From NCBI GenBank assembly GCA_947595235.1, contig CANQEP010000002.1:1-61763 (forward strand): a stretch of DNA of 61,763 nt, read 5' to 3'. This document shows positions 1 through 10,454 of this stretch, one piece after another. Source of the stretch: an uncultured Clostridia bacterium (GTDB lineage: Bacteria; Bacillota; Clostridia; Christensenellales; UBA1242). The number at the start of each line of letters is the position of its first letter. Position 1 is the stretch's first letter. The translations under genes and the position numbers were made by a program. Below the pieces are notes generated by a model. That model had not been told where the DNA came from. It saw only the letters and a list, made by a program, of their open reading frames with translations, and ran no database searches.

Positions 1-1
1 C

Positions 2-1602
<1,601 letters not shown>

Positions 1603-1605
<3 letters not shown>

Positions 1606-1665
1606 AAAACGCAAAATTGATATAAAATAAGTGAAAAAACGCATCAAAAACCGCAAATTGGAGGA
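1603..1665 (+). repeat. Copy A of a dispersed A-rich two-box element (TAAAAAACGCAAAATTGA ... GTGAAAAAACGCATCAAAAACCGCAAA)
   Basis: Begins on the obg TAA stop and ends at the yhbY RBS. Near-identical to 8234-8295 and 25138-25200. The two AAAAAACGCA boxes are 31 nt apart. Confidence 0.7.
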
Positions 1666-1671
1666 AAATTT

Positions 1672-1968
1672 ATGGATTCAAAGACAAGGGCAACCTTGAG
1701 AAAAATTGCAAATAATATTGAGCCAAGTGTCACAGTTGGCAAAGATGGAGTGACCGAAAACGTTATAAAGCAACTTGAAATGAACCTTTTTGCGCATGAA
1801 CTTGTCAAGGTGTCATTTGTGTATGGCGAGCGCGACGAACACAAAGAGTTTTTCAGTATGCTTTGCGAAAAGACTGGCGCTGAGCCCATTTGTATGATTG
1901 GCAAGCGTTGCGTCGTTTATAAATATTCACAAAAAAAGGGTGTTAAACACATATTGGAGGTAAAATAA
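1672..1968 (+). CDS. yhbY: YhbY/CRM-domain RNA-binding protein
   Basis: 98 aa. LRKIANNIEPSVTVGKDGVTENVIKQLEMNLFAHELVKV matches the YhbY/CRS1 pattern. A GGAGG RBS lies 7 nt upstream. Confidence 0.85.
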   Translation: MDSKTRATLRKIANNIEPSVTVGKDGVTENVIKQLEMNLFAHELVKVSFVYGERDEHKEFFSMLCEKTGAEPICMIGKRCVVYKYSQKKGVKHILEVK

Positions 1969-1969
1969 A

Positions 1970-2308
1970 ATGACACACGAATTAAAGTTAAACAGGGGAC
2001 CATTTGAGAGTATGGCAAATGGAACAAAAACTGTTGAGATGAGGCTCAACGACGAGAAGAGGAAAAAAATTCACGTTGGAGACAAAATCAAATTCTCTAT
2101 GCGAGACGACGAAACCAAGAGCCTTTTGTGCGAGGTTGTTAACAAGGTTGTTTATGACAACTTTGAAGAACTCTATGCCGACTATGACAAGGAAGAACTT
2201 GGCTACAAAGAAAATGAAGATGCAAAGCCCGAAGACATGGAGGCGTTTTATCCCAAGGAAGAGATTGAAAAGTATGGCGTTGTTGCCATAGAGGTCGAAC
2301 TTTGTTAA
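1970..2308 (+). CDS. ASCH-domain protein
   Basis: 112 aa. LNRGPFESMANGTKTVEMRLNDEKRKKIHVGDKIKF ... YGVVAIEVE resembles small ASCH (ASC-1 homology) proteins. The start lies 1 nt after the yhbY stop, with a GGAGG upstream. Confidence 0.7.
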   Translation: MTHELKLNRGPFESMANGTKTVEMRLNDEKRKKIHVGDKIKFSMRDDETKSLLCEVVNKVVYDNFEELYADYDKEELGYKENEDAKPEDMEAFYPKEEIEKYGVVAIEVELC

Positions 2309-2313
2309 AACGC

Positions 2314-2341
2314 TTGACAAATGCGTTTTCTTTGGTATACT
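2314..2341 (+). promoter_or_regulatory. Sigma-A type promoter for the pheST leader
   Basis: TTGACA (2314-2319), a 16-nt spacer, then TGg-TATACT (extended -10, 2336-2341). Confidence 0.55.
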
Positions 2342-2344
2342 AAA

Positions 2345-2568
2345 TTTATTGATAACGTTGAAGGTGACCTATTAGGTTATAAGTCCCTTAAAGAGAGCAG
2401 TCGCCGTGGCTGAGAGCGGTTGCAAGGCAAGGTTATAACTGAATTTCAACACCCGAGTTGTCCGCAGTTTAGCGAAACAAACATGAATGAGGTCGATATT
2501 TTCGGCGAAGCAAGGTGGTACCACGCATAAAGCGTCCTTAGCAAATTTTTGCTGGGGACTTTTTTATT
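2345..2568 (+). promoter_or_regulatory. T-box leader (Phe specifier) with intrinsic terminator
   Basis: Stem I elements AGAGAG and GCTGAGAG are present. The specifier-loop candidate is TTC-A at 2445-2448 (Phe codon plus purine). The T-box sequence is GCAAGGTGGTACCACGC (2510-2526). The terminator hairpin is GTCCTTAGCA/TGCTGGGGAC (2534-2559) plus a T6 run. It lies directly upstream of pheS. Confidence 0.85.
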
Positions 2569-2587
2569 ACAATTATAGGAGAGAAAA

Positions 2588-3619
2588 ATGAAAGAGAAAA
2601 TCAACGAACTTAAAGAATTATTTTCAAAAAGAAAGACCGAGGCACAAACAAAAGAGGACATTGAGGCTCTAAGGCTTGAGTTCATGGGCAAAAAGGGGCA
2701 CATCACTACTTTGATGGGCGATTTTAGGAACGTTCTTGGCGAGCAAAAGAGAGAGATTGGCATGATGATTAACTCTCTTAAGCAAGAAATCGAAAAGACC
2801 ATTGAAGAGTTGAAGGCAAAAAATGAGCAAAAAGAGATGGACAAACGCCTTGAAAACGACAAGAAAATTGACTACACTCTTCCCGTGGAGGACGGCGTTG
2901 GCGCTCTTAACCCACGAACCATACTTCAAAAGCAGATTGTGGACTTGTTCGTCTCTATGGGCTTTACTATTGAAGACGGCAACGAAATTGAGACCGAGTA
3001 CAACAACTTCGACTCGGTCAACGTTCCCGCAACGCACCCCGCAAGAGATATGCAAGACACCTTCTGGCTGGATAACGGCGAGGTGTTAAAAACTCAAACC
3101 TCCGCCGCCCAGAACAGAATTTTGAGAGAGCATGGACCAAAGTGCAGAGTGCTTTTCCCGGGACGATGCTTCAGAAATGAGGCGGTTGACGCCACACATG
3201 AAAACACCTTCTTTCAAATTGAGGGCGTTGTTGTTGACGAAAATGTCAGCGTTTCAAACCTCATATATTTCATGGAAGAGATGTTAAAAGGGGTTTTGAA
3301 AAAAGATGTCAAGGTCAGACTTCGTCCGGGGTTTTTCCCTTTCACCGAACCATCTTTTGAACTTGACGCAACTTGTCCGCTTTGCGCCGGAAAGGGCTGT
3401 GGAGCGTGCTCGCATACTGGCTGGCTTGAACTTTGTCCTTGTGGCATGATTCATCCAAACGTGCTAAAAGAGGCGGGGATTGACCCCGAAAAATACAACG
3501 GATTTGCGTTCGGCCTTGGCTTTGACAGACTTGTTATGATAAAGACCGGGCTTGACGATATCCGTCACCTCAACAGCGAGAACGTCAAACTTCTAAAACA
3601 ATATGGAACAAAGATTTAA
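2588..3619 (+). CDS. pheS: Phenylalanine--tRNA ligase alpha subunit
   Basis: 343 aa. Class II motifs FRNEAVDATHENTFFQIEG and GFAFGLGFDRLVM are present, with an N-terminal coiled coil and an AGGAGAG RBS. Confidence 0.97.
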   Translation: MKEKINELKELFSKRKTEAQTKEDIEALRLEFMGKKGHITTLMGDFRNVLGEQKREIGMMINSLKQEIEKTIEELKAKNEQKEMDKRLENDKKIDYTLPVEDGVGALNPRTILQKQIVDLFVSMGFTIEDGNEIETEYNNFDSVNVPATHPARDMQDTFWLDNGEVLKTQTSAAQNRILREHGPKCRVLFPGRCFRNEAVDATHENTFFQIEGVVVDENVSVSNLIYFMEEMLKGVLKKDVKVRLRPGFFPFTEPSFELDATCPLCAGKGCGACSHTGWLELCPCGMIHPNVLKEAGIDPEKYNGFAFGLGFDRLVMIKTGLDDIRHLNSENVKLLKQYGTKI

Positions 3620-3630
3620 GGGGTAGAAAA

Positions 3631-6003
3631 ATGAACATATCAATAAATTGGATAAAAGAATTTGTCGACCTTGACGGCATCGAAACAAGCGAACTTATAA
3701 GGCGCTTTAACCTTGCAACCGCCGAGATTGAGGGCTATGAAGAAAAGGGCAAAAACACCTATGGCATTGTTTTTGGAAAAATCATCAAGGTTGCAAACCA
3801 TCCAGAAAGTCAAAAATTGCACGTTTTGAGCGTGGACATAAAGAGCAAGGTTTTGCAAATAGTTTGCTCTGCACCAAATGTGCGCGAGGGCATGGTGACT
3901 TGCGTTGCCACAGTTGGGGGCTGTGTTAACGGGAAGAAAATTGCGCCAGTCACTATGGTGGGCGTTGAGAGTCAAGGAATGTGCTGTTCTGCTTTTGAAC
4001 TTGGCATTGGCGCAGACGACGAAGGAATTATGGACATAAAGGAAGAAGTTCCAATCGGCGCAGACATAAAGTCTGTTTTGCCAATCGACGACGTTGTTTT
4101 TGAAATTGACAACAAGACGCTAACCAATCGTCCCGACCTTTGGGGACACTATGGCTTGGCGCGTGAGTTTGCGGTCATTTTTGAAAGAAAACTTAAACCC
4201 ATTGACACCGTTGACCTTTCTAAGTTTGACGGACTTAAGAAACTTCATATCAATGTTAGCACTCCGGGGTGCTACCGCTATGGCGGGTTGTCTGTTGATA
4301 ACGTCACTGTGAAGAAAAGTCCGCTTTGGATGGCGATAAGGCTTTACTACACGGGAATGAGAGACATCAACCTTCTTGCAGATTTGACCAACTATGTCAT
4401 GCTTGAAATTGGTCAGCCAATGCACGCCTTTGACCACGAGAAAGTGAAGGGAATTGAGGTTCTTGAGGCAAAGAAAGGCGACAAACTCTTGACTCTTGAA
4501 GGCGAAGAACACGAAATTCCCGAGGGCTCAGTCGTTATTGCAGACGAAAAGAAAGTCCCAGTCGCGATTGCGGGCATAAAGGGGGGACTCAAAGATTCCA
4601 TTGGCGAAGACACGACCTCTGTCTTGTTTGAGAGCGCCACATTTGACGCGGTGAAAATTCGAAAGACCAGCCGTGCGATTGGGCTAATTACCGACAGCAG
4701 TCAACGCTATGAAAAGTCTCTTGACCCCGAGATGACGCCAGTTGCCATGGGGAGACTTTTGAAACTTCTTAAAGACATTGACAAGAACATTGTTGTTACA
4801 AGCGCGTTCACCGACTGCTACAAAAAGAAGTACGATTTGCCAGTTATAACCATCAGTGAGGATTTTATTTCTTCGCGAATTGGCATAAAAGTTGAGCAAA
4901 AGTACATTGTAAAGATTTTGAGTGCGCTTGGATTCAAGGTGGATGTCAATGGCAAAGACATTGTTGTTCATGTTCCGTCGTTCAGAGCAACAAAAGATGT
5001 TTCCATGAAGGAGGATCTTGTTGAAGAGGTCGCAAGAATCTATGGCTACGACAACATTACTCCAAAGCCACTCGCGTTTGAGCCAAAGCCAACAACTCTC
5101 AACAAGGCAATCGCCGAGGAATATGAGGTCAAAAAACTTCTTGCAACAAAGTATAACGCGGTTGAAATTCACTCACACATTTGGAATATGCAAGACTTTA
5201 ACGAGGCGCACGGCATAGACTCAAAGTCCGTTGTTAGGCTTCTTGACAGCAGTTTGGCGGGGCAAAGCGGAATACGAAGTGAACTTCTGCCAACAATGCT
5301 CAAAGTTGTTTATGAAAACAGAAACCAACTTTCTGACATTCGAGTTTTTGAGGTTGGTCATGTTGCTCCATCGCTTGACGAGAACAATCTTGTTAAAGAA
5401 GAAAAGCGTTTGGCAGTTGTTTTTGCAAGCCAAAAGGCCACGAGTGAGGCATTGTTTGAAGAATTAAAGAAGTTCATTGTTGACTACGCAAAGCACGACC
5501 TTGCCATTGACATCGTGCTTAAAGAGGGTGACAAGCCTTCGTTCATGCATCCGTACAACACATTTAGGGTGACCAGTCGCGAAGGTGACTATGGCTACAT
5601 TGGTGTTGTTCATCCAAGAACTGCCACATCTATTGACAAAAGGCTTAATATGGTTGCTTTGGAAGTTGACTTTGGCTTGCTCTCTAGCAAAGAGGGATAT
5701 TTCAAAAAGGCGAGAGTGCCAAGCAAGTATCAGACCGTTAACCTTGACGTCAGCGTGCTCGTTCCAAAGGCAATGAAGTATGGCGAACTTGACCAAATTC
5801 TCAACAAATATCGCTCAAAGATAATGAATGGCTACGGGCTAAAAGAGATTTATGAGAATATCACCCTTGGAAGTAACAAGAGCATTACAATTTCTTATGA
5901 ACTCTGCGGAAAAGACCACACGCTTGAGGGCAAAGAGATTGACGAGTTCTTAAACGGCCTCATCGCGCACCTTGCGAAGAACAAACTTTCAATAAGAAAA
6001 TAA
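3631..6003 (+). CDS. pheT: Phenylalanine--tRNA ligase beta subunit
   Basis: 790 aa. The N-terminal tRNA-binding OB domain reads GKIIKVANHPESQKLHVLSVD. B3/4- and B5-like regions and a C-terminal anticodon-binding-like domain follow. The gene follows pheS by 11 nt. Confidence 0.97.
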   Translation: MNISINWIKEFVDLDGIETSELIRRFNLATAEIEGYEEKGKNTYGIVFGKIIKVANHPESQKLHVLSVDIKSKVLQIVCSAPNVREGMVTCVATVGGCVNGKKIAPVTMVGVESQGMCCSAFELGIGADDEGIMDIKEEVPIGADIKSVLPIDDVVFEIDNKTLTNRPDLWGHYGLAREFAVIFERKLKPIDTVDLSKFDGLKKLHINVSTPGCYRYGGLSVDNVTVKKSPLWMAIRLYYTGMRDINLLADLTNYVMLEIGQPMHAFDHEKVKGIEVLEAKKGDKLLTLEGEEHEIPEGSVVIADEKKVPVAIAGIKGGLKDSIGEDTTSVLFESATFDAVKIRKTSRAIGLITDSSQRYEKSLDPEMTPVAMGRLLKLLKDIDKNIVVTSAFTDCYKKKYDLPVITISEDFISSRIGIKVEQKYIVKILSALGFKVDVNGKDIVVHVPSFRATKDVSMKEDLVEEVARIYGYDNITPKPLAFEPKPTTLNKAIAEEYEVKKLLATKYNAVEIHSHIWNMQDFNEAHGIDSKSVVRLLDSSLAGQSGIRSELLPTMLKVVYENRNQLSDIRVFEVGHVAPSLDENNLVKEEKRLAVVFASQKATSEALFEELKKFIVDYAKHDLAIDIVLKEGDKPSFMHPYNTFRVTSREGDYGYIGVVHPRTATSIDKRLNMVALEVDFGLLSSKEGYFKKARVPSKYQTVNLDVSVLVPKAMKYGELDQILNKYRSKIMNGYGLKEIYENITLGSNKSITISYELCGKDHTLEGKEIDEFLNGLIAHLAKNKLSIRK

Positions 6004-6008
6004 ACCTA

Positions 6009-6035
6009 TTGACCGACTAAAATCGGTCAATTTTT
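6009..6035. terminator. Bidirectional rho-independent terminator between pheT and the convergent gene
   Basis: TTGACCGA-ctaaaa-TCGGTCAA hairpin followed by T5. The region upstream on the opposite strand is A-rich. Confidence 0.7.
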
Positions 6036-6888
6036 ATTCTAGTAGGCGATTTGGAGCGTCTTTGGGTTGCCGTCTTCCAAAAAGCAGACATATGACACCA
6101 AGCAAAAGGCTGATGCTCCCAACAATAATATAGTACTTTGAAAAAGGTATAAAAATCGCAACAAAATTCAATGCCAATCCAATTCTTATAAGGTCACGCG
6201 CGCGACTTTTCATAAAGACGTGAAAAAGAGGAAAAGTGCGGTGGGGACTTTTTGCGCTCGCATCACTTTGCGTTGGAAAATGGTTGTACTTTTTCATGAG
6301 CGCATAGGTCTCTATGGGGGTGAAGATTGAGATTTTTTTGTCAAGTTTTTTAACAAGTTGCCTTGCTGGTTCGCTTGCTCCGTTACAAAGAATGACAATT
6401 TCACTAAGTTTATTTTCGCCGTCCGCCATGGCATAGGTTTTGTAGACCGTGCTTTGCGACAACTCCTCTTCATTAAAATCCATGCATATAAACACTCCAT
6501 TATTTAATAAAAGGCCTCCGCCTTGCTCGGTGGGGCAAAAAGAGTGAAGAAGGGTTTTGAAAAATTCAAGTTGCTTTTTTTGAGGGAGTTTTCTAAGTTC
6601 GAAATTGCAATTTTCTATGTCTTTTAGTTCGCTCTTTTTTATGGAAAGTTTGCTGAATCGCTTGTTTTGATGCGCTCTAATAAGATATACGAAAAAACAT
6701 GAAAGAACAAAGGTCAAAGAAAGGCAAACAAGGTTGCTTTTTATGAATTGTTTGAAGAACAAAAACACAAGAGTGAAAATGGCAATCGCCAAAACAAAGT
6801 TGTCAATCGCTCTTGCTAGCCTTGACTTTTCCATAAAATGATTTTTAACAACTTTGCGTGCGTTTATGCATTTTTTTTGCTTGCACAT
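6034..6888 (-). CDS. Hypothetical membrane protein (2 N-terminal and 2 C-terminal TM helices around a soluble core)
   Basis: 284-aa ORF. Hydrophobic segments include FVLAIAIFTLVFLFF, LVCLSLTFVLSCFFVYLI, IGLALNFVAIFIPF and IIVGSISLLLGVICLLF. No family was recognised. The true start may be the ATG at 6834 (MEKSRL). Confidence 0.55.
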   Translation of the reverse strand: MCKQKKCINARKVVKNHFMEKSRLARAIDNFVLAIAIFTLVFLFFKQFIKSNLVCLSLTFVLSCFFVYLIRAHQNKRFSKLSIKKSELKDIENCNFELRKLPQKKQLEFFKTLLHSFCPTEQGGGLLLNNGVFICMDFNEEELSQSTVYKTYAMADGENKLSEIVILCNGASEPARQLVKKLDKKISIFTPIETYALMKKYNHFPTQSDASAKSPHRTFPLFHVFMKSRARDLIRIGLALNFVAIFIPFSKYYIIVGSISLLLGVICLLFGRRQPKDAPNRLLE

Positions 6889-6928
6889 AAAAAGTGGTTT
6901 TGCTATACTATAAATGAGGTGAAAGACG

Positions 6929-8236
6929 TTGACGGCAAACGAGATAATTGAAAAGAAGATATCTGGCGAGGCTCTGAGTGAGAGTGAAATTGAATTTCTT
7001 ATTCAATCTTACAAGGCGGGCAAGGTCAGTGACGGAAAAATGGTGAAGTTTATGAAAAGCGTGAACGAAACCAACTTTTCTTATGACGAGGCGTTTTATC
7101 TTGCAAACAGCATGGCAAAGACGGGAAAGATGCTTAATATTGGCGAAACCGAGAATGACATTGTTGTTGACAAACACAGCGCCGGCATTATCTCTGACGC
7201 GTCAACAATAATCTTCATGTCGGTTCTTGCGTCGCTTGATGTCAAGTGCATAAAGGTTATGTCGGGATACTTCGGAAATTTTAGAAATTCCATTGACCGA
7301 TTTGATGCCATAAAGAATTTTAATGCGCGAGTTAGTAGCAAAAAGTTTCTTGAGATTCTTAACAAAACGAAAATGGCAGTCTATGAAGAGGCAGACGATA
7401 TTGCGCCCGTTGACAAAAAATTGTACGCTTTAAGGAAAAAGTATAAAATAACCTCAATTCCTCTTGTTGCTTCTTCTATACTTTCAAAAAAGATTGCGTC
7501 TGGGGCGAACGTGCTTGTCTTTGACGTTAAAGAGGGTGAAGGGTCGATAAGTAGTGACCCGAAGTTTTCAAGGACTCTTGCTCAATATTTGACAAATATA
7601 GCAAAAAGTGCGGGCATTGCCTCGGCAAGCGTTGTTACAAATCTTGACAGCCCACTAAGTTCAAATATAGGTAACAAACCCGAAATGAAAGAGGCTGTTT
7701 TGGCGCTTAAAAATGGTGAGGCGCTTTATGGCTCAAAACTCTTGCTTGTTGCAAAAGAACTTGTTGAACTTGCGCTCATATTGAGCAAAAAAGCCAAGGG
7801 AAGGGCAGATGCAAGCGAGATGTTTCAAGATGCAATAAAGAGTGGCAAGGCGTATGAAAAGTTCTGTGAGTTTTTGAGTGCATATGGTGGTGACATCAGT
7901 TCTGTCTTAAAGCCCGACACTCTTCTTGACGGAGTTGGAGCAACGTATATTGTTGCTGACGGAAGTGGATATGTTTGTAACATCAACTTGCGCGCTCTTA
8001 AAAAATCTTTTGACACCCTTCTTTTGAAAAATAAGAACGCAAAAGACCCAAATGCGGGGATAAATATTTTGCTTAATGAAGGGGCAAAAGTGAATACGGG
8101 TGACAAACTTGCAAGACTTATTTTTTCACTTGACAACAAGAATATTTTCTCTGCAAGGCAGACCCTTTTGACTGCATTTGAAATAAGCAACACAAAGCCG
8201 GAAGTTAAGAATGTGTTTGATAAGGTGGTTGTTTAA
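6929..8236 (+). CDS. Thymidine/pyrimidine-nucleoside phosphorylase-like protein with degenerate phosphate-binding loops
   Basis: 435 aa with a TTG start after a GAGGTGA RBS. It is collinear with PyNP/DeoA and conserves DKKLYALR and IPLVASSILSKKIA. However, HSTGGVGD reads HSAGIISD and SGRGLGHTGGT reads SGYFGNFRNS. Confidence 0.75.
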   Translation: MTANEIIEKKISGEALSESEIEFLIQSYKAGKVSDGKMVKFMKSVNETNFSYDEAFYLANSMAKTGKMLNIGETENDIVVDKHSAGIISDASTIIFMSVLASLDVKCIKVMSGYFGNFRNSIDRFDAIKNFNARVSSKKFLEILNKTKMAVYEEADDIAPVDKKLYALRKKYKITSIPLVASSILSKKIASGANVLVFDVKEGEGSISSDPKFSRTLAQYLTNIAKSAGIASASVVTNLDSPLSSNIGNKPEMKEAVLALKNGEALYGSKLLLVAKELVELALILSKKAKGRADASEMFQDAIKSGKAYEKFCEFLSAYGGDISSVLKPDTLLDGVGATYIVADGSGYVCNINLRALKKSFDTLLLKNKNAKDPNAGINILLNEGAKVNTGDKLARLIFSLDNKNIFSARQTLLTAFEISNTKPEVKNVFDKVVV

Positions 8237-8295
8237 AAAACGCAAAATTGACCATTTTGATGTGAAAAAACGCATCAATTTTTGCAAAAAGGAGC
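8234..8295 (+). repeat. Copy B of the dispersed A-rich two-box element
   Basis: TAAAAAACGCAAAATTGACCATTTTGATGTGAAAAAACGCATCAATTTTTGCAAAAAGGAG. It begins on the upstream TAA stop and ends at the downstream RBS. The boxes are 30 nt apart. Confidence 0.7.
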
Positions 8296-8299
8296 AAAA

Positions 8300-8971
8300 A
8301 TGTTTGGTAAACGAAAAAAAGAAGACATAAGCATACAGAACTTTAATGAGCGAATTGAACTGACGCTTGTTGACCCAAGAGCCATAAGTCGTGACGTTCA
8401 CACTCTTGTTAATGTGGCGGTTAAAAATGGTTATCTTGGAGTGTGCGTGAACCCAATCAATGTTGCTGAGGCAAGAAGTTATATCGACGAAAAAGTGCGA
8501 GTTGAGATGAGAGTTATTGCGGTTATTGGTTTCCCTCTTGGGGCAACTAGCATTTCAGCAAAAGTGCAAGAGGCAAAAGAGGCAATAAGTGCGGGAGCGG
8601 ACGAACTTGATGTTGTTATAAACATTGGGGCGGTGAAGTCGGGAGACTTTGCGTTTGTTAAAAGTGAACTCTCGCGAATTGTTAGAATTGCAAAGGGGCG
8701 CATTGTCAAGGCAATTATTGAAACTTGCTACTTGTCACGCGAAGAGATAAAAGACGTTGTTAAGGCGTGCGTCAAGGCAAAAGTAGATTTTGTGCAGACC
8801 TCAACGGGATATGGAACTGGTGGCGCAACAGCCGAAGACATTTTACTTATAAAGGAAGTTGCTGGTGGAAAAATTGAAGTTAAGGCTGCCGGCGGAGTTC
8901 GAAGTCGCGCGCAGGCCGAGGAACTTGTGCGTGCGGGCGCAATAAGAATTGGAACAAGCAAGGTGATTTGA
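8300..8971 (+). CDS. deoC: Deoxyribose-phosphate aldolase (DeoC/DERA) family protein; Schiff-base Lys replaced by Gln
   Basis: ATG at 8300 after an AAAGGAG RBS. Family motifs present are VCVNP, GFPLGA, LDVVINIG, VKAIIETC, TSTGYGTGGAT and VKAAGGVRS. The canonical DFVKTSTG reads DFVQTSTG (CAG at 8795-8797). Confidence 0.85.
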   Translation: MFGKRKKEDISIQNFNERIELTLVDPRAISRDVHTLVNVAVKNGYLGVCVNPINVAEARSYIDEKVRVEMRVIAVIGFPLGATSISAKVQEAKEAISAGADELDVVINIGAVKSGDFAFVKSELSRIVRIAKGRIVKAIIETCYLSREEIKDVVKACVKAKVDFVQTSTGYGTGGATAEDILLIKEVAGGKIEVKAAGGVRSRAQAEELVRAGAIRIGTSKVI

Positions 8972-9384
8972 TGGAGTTTATATCGAGAAATGAAAGTGAC
9001 ACCCTTGAGGTGGCAAAAAAAATTGTTAAATATCTTAAAAGTGGTGATGTTGTTTTGCTTGAAGGTGACCTAGGGGCAGGCAAGACCACCCTTGTCAAGT
9101 GCATTGTTTCTGCACTTGGGGGCGAAAAAGACTCAGTCACCAGCCCAACGTTCACCATTGTTAATGAGTATGTGGTGAAAGGAATGCCAATTTATCACAT
9201 GGACCTTTATCGCATAAAGAGTGCTGACGAACTCTTTAACATTGGAATTGAGGACTATTTATACGGCGGTGGCATTTGCTTTGTTGAGTGGCCCGAAAGA
9301 GCACCTGAACTTTTTGAAAATTACAAAAAAATTACAATAGAAAAATTAGGTGAAAACTCAAGAAAATTCACCTTTGGGGAGTAG
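8971..9384 (+). CDS. tsaE: tRNA t6A37 biosynthesis ATPase TsaE
   Basis: P-loop LEGDLGAGKTTLVK, SPTFTIVNEY and HMDLYR motifs. The ATG overlaps the deoC TGA stop. Confidence 0.9.
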   Translation: MEFISRNESDTLEVAKKIVKYLKSGDVVLLEGDLGAGKTTLVKCIVSALGGEKDSVTSPTFTIVNEYVVKGMPIYHMDLYRIKSADELFNIGIEDYLYGGGICFVEWPERAPELFENYKKITIEKLGENSRKFTFGE

Positions 9385-9386
9385 AT

Positions 9387-9974
9387 ATGAAACTTGTTTT
9401 GGACCTTGCGTATGCACCAATCGTTGCAGTTGTTAAAGATGATAAAGTGATAAAGAAAATTGAGAGCAAAAGTGAGCACTCGTCTGATGCGGTCATGAAA
9501 GATATTGACGACCTTTTTAAAAGTTGTAATATCACACTTGACGACATAGATACCATATGCGTGAACATTGGTCCCGGATCATTCACGGGGCTTAGAGTGG
9601 CAATAGCGATTGCAAAGGCCTTTAATATTTTACATGACAAAAAATTTCAAGTGTTTTCTACCTTTGACTACATTGAAAGTGAAAAGACAAAGGTATTTTC
9701 TGCATTTTCAAACTATGTTTATATTAAAGACTCAAATGACATGGACTGCGTTCAAATTGACTCGCTAAAAGAGGGGAAATATATTACAGCCGAAGAGTCG
9801 ACTTTTGAAAAATTAAAGGCACTTAACCTTGATGTTGAAAAGAGAAACAAACTTGACTATGCAAAGATAATAGAGGGAAAGACTTGGGTTTCTTCAAGCG
9901 AACTAAGGCCACTATATTTAAGAAAGTCACAAGCCGAGATTATGCGCGAACAAAACTTAAAAAACGCAAAATAG
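9387..9974 (+). CDS. tsaB: tRNA t6A37 biosynthesis protein TsaB (YeaZ)
   Basis: 195 aa. NIGPGSFTGLRVAIAIAKAF is characteristic of TsaB. The gene is adjacent to tsaE and rimI. Confidence 0.85.
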   Translation: MKLVLDLAYAPIVAVVKDDKVIKKIESKSEHSSDAVMKDIDDLFKSCNITLDDIDTICVNIGPGSFTGLRVAIAIAKAFNILHDKKFQVFSTFDYIESEKTKVFSAFSNYVYIKDSNDMDCVQIDSLKEGKYITAEESTFEKLKALNLDVEKRNKLDYAKIIEGKTWVSSSELRPLYLRKSQAEIMREQNLKNAK

Positions 9975-9985
9975 GTTCAAAAAAG

Positions 9986-10432
9986 ATGAAAAACATATAT
10001 CAAAACGCTGAAATAAGCAAAATTTTTGAAAAAGACATACCTTTTGTTCGAGAGATTGAGAGGACTTGTTTTGGTGAAAAATTCCACGAAAATTTTGAAA
10101 AACTCATAGCCAATGACTCATACATTTATTTGCTTGCGAAGGTTAATAATGAGGTTGTCGCATATGCTGGCGCGAGCATAGAATATGAGCAGAGCGACCT
10201 TCTTTATGTTGCAGTGAAAAGCGATTTCAGACGCCAAAAAATTGCCTCAAAACTTCTTTTGTCGCTTTTTGAAATGGTGAAAAATCGTGGGGCAGAAGAG
10301 ATGTTTTTGGAGGTCGAAGAAGACAACACATCTGCAATCAACCTCTATAAGGGGCTTGGGTTTGTCTTTCTGGGCACAAGAAAAAACTACTATGGCGACA
10401 AATCTGCCATGGTATTTGTTAAAAAACTATAG
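9986..10432 (+). CDS. rimI: Ribosomal-protein-alanine N-acetyltransferase (GNAT)
   Basis: Internal ATG at 9986 (MKNIYQN...). The ORF-track start at 9884 overlaps tsaB. The GNAT core reads LLYVAVKSDFRRQKIASKLL ... LEVEEDNTSAINLYKGLGF. The tsaE-tsaB-rimI order is conserved. Confidence 0.8.
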   Translation: MKNIYQNAEISKIFEKDIPFVREIERTCFGEKFHENFEKLIANDSYIYLLAKVNNEVVAYAGASIEYEQSDLLYVAVKSDFRRQKIASKLLLSLFEMVKNRGAEEMFLEVEEDNTSAINLYKGLGFVFLGTRKNYYGDKSAMVFVKKL

Positions 10433-10454
10433 ATTTTTTGAACTTATTTTTTTT

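Noticed and set aside
1617-1646. Reading element copies A, B and C as sigma-A promoters (TTGATA or TTGACC at the -35 position).
   Set aside because: Seventeen nt downstream lies CGCATC, not a -10 hexamer. One copy is inside a CDS and others are in coding frames, so a simple promoter does not explain the family.
2306-2330. Inverted repeat AAAACGC-ttgacaaat-GCGTTTT after the ASCH gene as a terminator.
   Set aside because: The stem is only 7 bp, its loop contains the TTGACA -35 of the pheST promoter, and no T-tract follows. It may still have weak terminator or operator function.
9884-10454. Long 5' extensions in the ORF track for rimI (from 9884) and the hydrolase (from 10287).
   Set aside because: Both extensions overlap the preceding, well-supported genes in another frame. 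They encode basic junk sequence. Internal ATGs (9986, 10455) give N-termini that match the families.
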